From an uncultured Myxococcales bacterium (GTDB lineage: Bacteria > Myxococcota > UBA4151), in assembly GCA_964013405.1 (NCBI GenBank), contig CAXGWI010000001.1, positions 56,230 through 120,229 of the forward strand: 64,000 bases of DNA. The letters are read 5' to 3'. Made by a program: the position numbers and the translations under genes. Within the stretch, counting starts at the first letter, position 1. Each line of letters starts with the position of its first letter. The notes beneath the pieces were generated by a model. That model was not told the origin of the DNA. It made no database searches and saw only the letters and a program-made list of their open reading frames with translations. Positions 58,596 through 64,000 of the stretch are shown here, piece by piece.

Positions 58596-61500
58596 CTAGA
58601 GGTCCGGAGGGAACCACAGAAAGACCTGAAAGAGAAGCCGCTGCTCGGCCATCCCATGCTCTTCTCCAGTCCCTCCGCCGATGATGTCCGGGCCCTCGAT
58701 GGAGCCACGACCACGACTCGTCTCGTAGGCCACCGTGAAACCCACTGCAGGCATCAAGAACCGCAAGCGAAGACCGGGGCCCCAACTGGTGGTTGAAAGG
58801 GTCCACAGAGGGGATTCCAGCCCCGTTTGGCTGAAGGGCTCAGACGGGTTAAAATCATCAGGTCCTACCAACTGACTCCGCCATCGCAGGTTGTAGAGCA
58901 GGTCGAAGGACAGCAGATAATCCCTGCCCTTCAACAGATCGAAACCAAGGGATGGTCGAACATAGGGACCATTGGCGCCGGCCCAGTTGAATTTATAGCC
59001 GCCACCGAGTTCCGTGCGGAGGCCACCATCGCGGAACGCGAGCAGTAGGCCCATGTCGCCGCCAAGTGAGGCGCCGAGCGAGAAACCGTCGTCAGAGTCT
59101 TGAATTCGAAGGCTGGGAAACTCCGCCGTGAATTGGTCCACAGTCCAGGGTCCTAGGGTGGTGATGGACTGCCCGTAGGTTCCCAAGTCCAAACCGCTAA
59201 TCGGGACGGGGCTGTCAAACTGCGGCAACTCCCAGTCCATGTCCCTAGCGGGGTATCTGCGATTGCTTTTGAAGGTATAGTCGAGGCCCAGACTATAGCG
59301 GCTGGCGGCAAAATCACCGTTTAGCGGTACCGTGTAGGCAATCTCGGGCTGCCATCGGCCCATTCCCAGGCGAAGTCTCGCTTCGACTTCCGCTGGCTGA
59401 TCCACCGGAGACGGCGAGGAAACAAGGACGGCTGTCCCACGAACTTCGAGGGTTGAGAGCAGCCATCGGGCCCAGGCGTGACGCCACCAAAGGGAGAGGT
59501 CCACCAGGCCCACTTGGGTCAAAAAGTCCACATCAGGACCACTGGCTTGATGCTGGCCCATACGGAACAACTCCGTACTCAGCCCCCACTCCGAAGCACT
59601 GTAGCGCCCGGGCTGTAAGAGGACCGCAGCCTGGAGCCAGGTGGTGCCCTCTGCATGTTCGGCCAGAGGCCCCACACCATCGGATAACAACGAGAGCCGG
59701 AAGCCGCCTTGATCGTCTCGGGCCGTGAAGTGGAGCTCCCCAAGCCCCCGCCAGGGGCTCGGTGCCTGGTCAAAAACATAGCGGGGCAGGCGCAAACGGA
59801 GTTCTTCCTTTGGCCGATGAAAGGACATGCGCTTCCTGCGTTCCTCCTGGGCCTTGCGGGCCTCTCGGTCCTTGGTGAGCTTGATGGTTCGCTCCACGGT
59901 CTGGTCCCCTTGGGCCCGCACTCGTAAGGTCTGGTCCTCATGCTTCGCTGCCCGCAGGTGCACTTGGGCCACCGACCGGGCCATGACATGGCGACAGCGG
60001 CCCCCCTTCAAGGGGCACGGTGTCCCGTCCACCGTGACTTCGGCATTCTTGGGAGTCACTTTCAGGATCAGAACAGGCTGCTTCTTCAAGGTCACCGTCC
60101 GACGAACGGGGTCCTTGCCCACCTGCACAGCGATGGTCTGCTCGACGTAGCCCTTGGCCCCCAGCTTAAAGCGGTGCCGACTGCCAGCGGCAACCACGAA
60201 CTCGGCCGGCACCTTCCTCGGTGTTTTCGCGCCCGGACACGTTAGACAGAAAACGCGGCCGGCATCGACGGCAGCCTGGTCAGCAGCCGAAATCGCCAAC
60301 CGGATGGAAACGCTGGCTTTCAACGTCACGGTCGATTGCAAAATGCGGCCGGCTCGGACTGTGATTCGCCGTTCATCTGCTGCGTAACCGGGAGACTGAG
60401 TGATCATATTCCAGGTGCCCGTCGGCAGAAACTGACCGGCCAGGGGCGTCTTCCCGCTTACGGGCTTCTCCCCTTCCTTCGTTAGCGTCACCTGCGCACC
60501 GCTTGGGTGGCTCATCAACACGACCTCGCCGTGGAGGCGCTTTAGGCGCACCTCGATCTGCTGGGTTTGCTGCCGAGCCACCGTGATGGTTCGCCGAACC
60601 TGCTCGTAGGAGGGGTGGCTCACCGTCATCGCGTAATCCCCCTCGATGATTTGGTCTCGCCGATAGGGGCTCGTTCCCGAGCCGACGGACTGAATGTCGA
60701 CCTTCGCGGCCACTGGGGGAACGGTCGAGATCTCGACACGTCCGAAACGAGCTTCAAGTTGGGCCTGAACACTGACCGCCCCCGGCTGGACGCGCACCAT
60801 TTGCTCCACCGACTCATAAAGGGGATGAGAGATTCTTAGATGGTAAGCACCCACTTGAAGGGGGATCTGAAAGAAGCCCCGGGCGTCGGTCACGCCTTCC
60901 GTCGACTCGGGAAAGTCAAAGTCATAGCGGCTGGGTTTTTGGCCGAGCCAGGTCTGCACACGGGCCCGCGGGACGTTACAATCGAGGGTCACGACGCCCA
61001 TCGTCCCCCGCCGAGGGCCCTGGTTCGGATTGCTGATGACTTGAACGCGGGATCGACGGGGTGTGGACGAATCCCCCTCAGCCACCACTTGGACACCAAG
61101 GTCTTTCACAAGAGCGTCGACCATGCGCTCCAATGGCAACTGCCCCTTGGCCCTCGCGATGTTTCGAACCAAATCGGTCGGGCCCCGCTGGACGCTCTGC
61201 AGGTGCGTCTCCGAGCCATCTTGGCGATAGAGCTTGAGCCGAAACGAGCCCGGGCAGGCAAAACTCTGCTCCAGGTAGAGGTCGGCCTGGGCCTTACGGG
61301 CGATCTGCATGCAGGATTGGTCCGTGCACGAGGCGGATTTGGCGTTCCCCTCGTATGACTCCATCATGGAGATGAGGTCCGGGCCTTTGATCACCACGTA
61401 ACCATCGGCCGGCAGCTTGCGATGCAAACGCTCCTCGATGAGGTCGTGGAGCACCAGCAGGTCCCGCTTCTCGACACAGCTGGCCGCTTTTGAGTCGGCC

Positions 61501-61598
61501 CAAAACACCACCAGGCGCTGACGAGCGGAGGCACTGTTACCGGCTAGTGCCGGTGCGGTCGGTGCCAGGAGGAGGCAACCGAGGAGGAGAAACCTAAT
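58596..61598 (-). CDS. Secreted multi-PEGA protein with probable C-terminal beta-barrel (paralog B); start probably ATT
   Basis: Signal peptide '(I)[18 protein letters not shown]'; N-terminal domain clearly similar to paralog A; PEGA repeats; beta-strand-like C-terminus. Confidence 0.75.
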   Translation of the reverse strand: MRFLLLGCLLLAPTAPALAGNSASARQRLVVFWADSKAASCVEKRDLLVLHDLIEERLHRKLPADGYVVIKGPDLISMMESYEGNAKSASCTDQSCMQIARKAQADLYLEQSFACPGSFRLKLYRQDGSETHLQSVQRGPTDLVRNIARAKGQLPLERMVDALVKDLGVQVVAEGDSSTPRRSRVQVISNPNQGPRRGTMGVVTLDCNVPRARVQTWLGQKPSRYDFDFPESTEGVTDARGFFQIPLQVGAYHLRISHPLYESVEQMVRVQPGAVSVQAQLEARFGRVEISTVPPVAAKVDIQSVGSGTSPYRRDQIIEGDYAMTVSHPSYEQVRRTITVARQQTQQIEVRLKRLHGEVVLMSHPSGAQVTLTKEGEKPVSGKTPLAGQFLPTGTWNMITQSPGYAADERRITVRAGRILQSTVTLKASVSIRLAISAADQAAVDAGRVFCLTCPGAKTPRKVPAEFVVAAGSRHRFKLGAKGYVEQTIAVQVGKDPVRRTVTLKKQPVLILKVTPKNAEVTVDGTPCPLKGGRCRHVMARSVAQVHLRAAKHEDQTLRVRAQGDQTVERTIKLTKDREARKAQEERRKRMSFHRPKEELRLRLPRYVFDQAPSPWRGLGELHFTARDDQGGFRLSLLSDGVGPLAEHAEGTTWLQAAVLLQPGRYSASEWGLSTELFRMGQHQASGPDVDFLTQVGLVDLSLWWRHAWARWLLSTLEVRGTAVLVSSPSPVDQPAEVEARLRLGMGRWQPEIAYTVPLNGDFAASRYSLGLDYTFKSNRRYPARDMDWELPQFDSPVPISGLDLGTYGQSITTLGPWTVDQFTAEFPSLRIQDSDDGFSLGASLGGDMGLLLAFRDGGLRTELGGGYKFNWAGANGPYVRPSLGFDLLKGRDYLLSFDLLYNLRWRSQLVGPDDFNPSEPFSQTGLESPLWTLSTTSWGPGLRLRFLMPAVGFTVAYETSRGRGSIEGPDIIGGGTGEEHGMAEQRLLFQVFLWFPPDL

Positions 61599-63780
61599 CT
61601 CGAGATGCCTTCCGAATCCGTTGCAGCGAGGGCTGCCGGCGACGCCGCAGGAAGAAAAGCAAGGCGAGAAGGGCCAGCGGCAACATGTCCGGGCCGGACT
61701 GACAACCACAGCCGACGGGCTCATCCACAGGCGGAGGCGACGGTGGCTGCCCATCGCTCGGTGCCACCAAGCTGATCACGAAGTCCTTGCTCACCTCAAA
61801 CTCTCCATCGGAGACCGTGAGGCGGAAGGGCCATTCGCCCCGGCCGGGTAGATCGACGGCGGTCCAAGCGGCCGTCGGATCGGTGATGATGGGCAAGATC
61901 TCACTGGTCTCGTCGCCGGCGAATTCCCATTGATAGGTCAAATCATCTTCGGGGTTCGGGTCATAGGCCGCCGAGCCATCGAGATACTCCAGCCAATGGG
62001 TACCAACCGGAATCGCCGTGGTGGGATTGTCGGGTAACTCGATCACTGGCTCCACGTTGATGATGGTGACGTCCACGAAGCTAGGTGTGGAGCGGTACCG
62101 CCCGTTATGAACCCGCAACTCAAAGCGGTAGAGACCCTTGTGGATTAAGGTGACCTCCGGGCGCATACCGCCCTCAGGCATACGCACCAGCGGCGAGGTG
62201 TCATTGGCGACCTGACGCCAGGTATAGACCAGGTCTGCCCCGCCCGGGTCCACACTTCGTGAACCATCGAGAACGATGGCCCCAGGTCCACGCTCCTGGG
62301 CATCCCCGGCATGGGCGATGGGCGCATCCGGCCCAGCGCTGACCTCGATGGTCAAATCGAAGACGCCCCGCCCGCCGTGATCATCGGCCACCGACAAGCG
62401 CAGGGGCACCGACTCACCGATGGAAGATTCCGGAACCTGCCAAGCGAGAACACCGGTCCGATCGCCAAGGGTCATGCCCCCCGGTCCATCCATCAACGTC
62501 CAGAAGAAGAGGTTGTCACCCACATCGGGGTCGGTGGCCCGTAGGGTCACCTCAAGAAAGTCCCCTCCCGATGCCTCGATAGATAGGGGCGTTGTCAGGA
62601 TGGGGGCATCATTGGTGTTCTTCACCACGAAGTTGAGGGTCTCCTGAACCGTTCTCGCCGCTCCTTCCCGCTCCTCAGCCGTCAGTTCGATTTGGTGCGC
62701 ACCCACCTGTTCGTTGGTTGGCGTCCAGCGCAGCACGCGGGTCTCGGGATCGTAGACGGCACCATCGGGTAAGGGGCCCAACTCGAGGGTGGCCACATCC
62801 CCGTCGGGGTCCTCGGCGTAAAGGATGTGATTGATCTCCACATCCTCATCGATCTCAAAATCACCGGCGCCAACCACTCTGGGTGGACCGTTGCTGTCCT
62901 CCACCTCGAAGCTCAAGGTCAGGCGACCGTTCAGACCGTTCTCATCGGCCGCAAGAACCTCGAAGCTCAAGGTCCGCTCACTGAAGTGGCCCGGCACCCA
63001 GGTCAGAGTCGCTGAGCCCCCTTCGCCCTCGATGCTGGCCTCTGGCGGGGCGTCCTCACCCAGGCTCCAACTTGCGATCCCCTCATCATCGGGATCGGTG
63101 GCTGTCAGCGCCAAGGTAAATGGCGCGCCCTCGGTGACCTGGTGATCCACCCCGGCTTCAGAGCTCACGATCGGAGGCCGATTGATCTCCACCCTCAGGA
63201 CACGGCCGTTACGTAAGGTGGGGGCCTCTTCGGTGAGCGCGCCATGGAAAATCTTCAGCGTCCCTGCGTTGACTCGACTGGGGTTGTTCCCCCGCCGGCC
63301 CCGTTGATCGATCCGGCCGCTTAGCGTCATCTCAGGGCCCCGCAGCAAAACGCCGCCACCGGCGCCACCGCCACCCCAAACAGAACTGTGCTGGCGGGCA
63401 CCGCTTTGGCCACCGCCACCGCCCATGGTGTTAATCTCGCCACTGAGCACGAGCCGCTCCGATGCCATCAGGCTGACCGCACCGCCACCGGCGCCACCGC
63501 CGCCACCGCCACCACCGCAGTTTGCAGCTCGACTGGAGCCGGCGCCGCCGCCGCCGCTACCTGCACGAACGGCCTCATCCTGACTCGTGTCTCCGTTTCT
63601 GCCCGCACTGGCGTAGCCCCCATTGCCGCCGGCTCCCGGCTCACAATCTCCATCGCCGCCGCCGCCGCTGCCACCAAAAGCACCGGCCCCATCGCCGCCG
63701 TCATCCTGGGCGCTGCGGTCACCACCGGTCCCGCCGCCGCCACCGCCGCCGCCGCCGGCGTTGCCGCCGCCGCCTAACCC
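61594..63780 (-). CDS. MYXO-CTERM surface protein with Gly-rich, cadherin/Ig-like and PKD-like domains (5' end missing)
   Basis: C-terminal 'GCGCQSG...[14 protein letters not shown]'; repeated 'N.PP...ATDPD...WTP' units; '[18 protein letters not shown]'; polyglycine N-part. The ORF-track ATG at 63816 lies inside unrelated sequence. Confidence 0.85.
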   Translation of the reverse strand, partial: GLGGGGNAGGGGGGGGGTGGDRSAQDDGGDGAGAFGGSGGGGDGDCEPGAGGNGGYASAGRNGDTSQDEAVRAGSGGGGAGSSRAANCGGGGGGGGAGGGAVSLMASERLVLSGEINTMGGGGGQSGARQHSSVWGGGGAGGGVLLRGPEMTLSGRIDQRGRRGNNPSRVNAGTLKIFHGALTEEAPTLRNGRVLRVEINRPPIVSSEAGVDHQVTEGAPFTLALTATDPDDEGIASWSLGEDAPPEASIEGEGGSATLTWVPGHFSERTLSFEVLAADENGLNGRLTLSFEVEDSNGPPRVVGAGDFEIDEDVEINHILYAEDPDGDVATLELGPLPDGAVYDPETRVLRWTPTNEQVGAHQIELTAEEREGAARTVQETLNFVVKNTNDAPILTTPLSIEASGGDFLEVTLRATDPDVGDNLFFWTLMDGPGGMTLGDRTGVLAWQVPESSIGESVPLRLSVADDHGGRGVFDLTIEVSAGPDAPIAHAGDAQERGPGAIVLDGSRSVDPGGADLVYTWRQVANDTSPLVRMPEGGMRPEVTLIHKGLYRFELRVHNGRYRSTPSFVDVTIINVEPVIELPDNPTTAIPVGTHWLEYLDGSAAYDPNPEDDLTYQWEFAGDETSEILPIITDPTAAWTAVDLPGRGEWPFRLTVSDGEFEVSKDFVISLVAPSDGQPPSPPPVDEPVGCGCQSGPDMLPLALLALLFFLRRRRQPSLQRIRKASRD

Positions 63781-64000
63781 ACAGCGACCGGCGTGAAGGT
63801 CCTGCACAATGGCCATGAACAGATTTTTGCGGCGAATAACGAGGTGATTTTGGCAGCAGGCGCTGTGGCTTCACCGCAGCTGTTGCAACTCTCTGGCATC
63901 GGCGCGTCGGAGACACTGCACAAACACGGCATCGCTACACTCATCGAACTGCCGGGCGTTGGCGAAAATCTTCAGGATCATTTGCAGATCCGCACTATTT
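63778..64000 (+). CDS. Internal fragment of a GMC oxidoreductase (choline dehydrogenase-like); no 5' end, runs off the window
   Basis: Manual translation from 63784 gives [40 protein letters not shown]...[16 protein letters not shown]; in-frame TAA at 63775-63777. Not in the ORF track. Confidence 0.85.

Noticed and set aside
61599..61754. ORF-track N-terminal extension of the 1052-aa PEGA protein
   Set aside because: It overlaps the MYXO-CTERM coding end and precedes an obvious signal peptide.
63781..63816. ATG 63816 as start of the MYXO-CTERM protein
   Set aside because: It lies within the antisense of the GMC fragment and gives no signal peptide.
63388..63818. Ala-rich and Arg-rich ORFs and (GCC)n repeats
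   Set aside because: Alternate-frame readings of poly-Gly codons, not separate genes or a repeat array.
1..64000. CRISPR arrays, tRNA/rRNA genes, IS elements, prophage
   Set aside because: No spaced direct repeats, RNA-gene signatures, transposase, integrase or phage genes were seen. Intergenic gaps are nearly all too short.

Overview
GC-rich, gene-dense bacterial DNA. The gene content (PEGA proteins, Ser/Thr kinase, FHA-sigma54 regulator, MYXO-CTERM protein, myxosortase-like protease) points to Myxococcota or a related deltaproteobacterial lineage; this is inference. About 48 CDSs are supportable. They include lptF-lptG-Ser/Thr kinase-tsaD, gdhA, and a type III PKS/methyltransferase/ACP/FAAL/FAD-oxidoreductase cluster at the end of a murA-murJ-mazG-7TM-HD-ybeY run. 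Also present are a hybrid histidine kinase, two envelope-glycosylation clusters (GT2-AsnB-GT-C and GT-C-sulfatase-like), guaD, an MMPL transporter, a 47-Cys lipoprotein, an adenylate cyclase, bolA-grxD, and a SigR-like ECF/ZAS pair with a matching promoter. An injectisome-type SctV sits downstream of wzc with no other T3SS genes in the window. A five-gene surface operon encodes a MYXO-CTERM protein, two paralogous PEGA/probable beta-barrel proteins, an LPP20-like lipoprotein and a thioredoxin lipoprotein. Near 63780 the sequence switches into the middle of a GMC oxidoreductase, most likely a contig or chimeric junction. I saw no rRNA, tRNA, CRISPR array or transposase. All calls come from motif recognition by eye; no searches were run.
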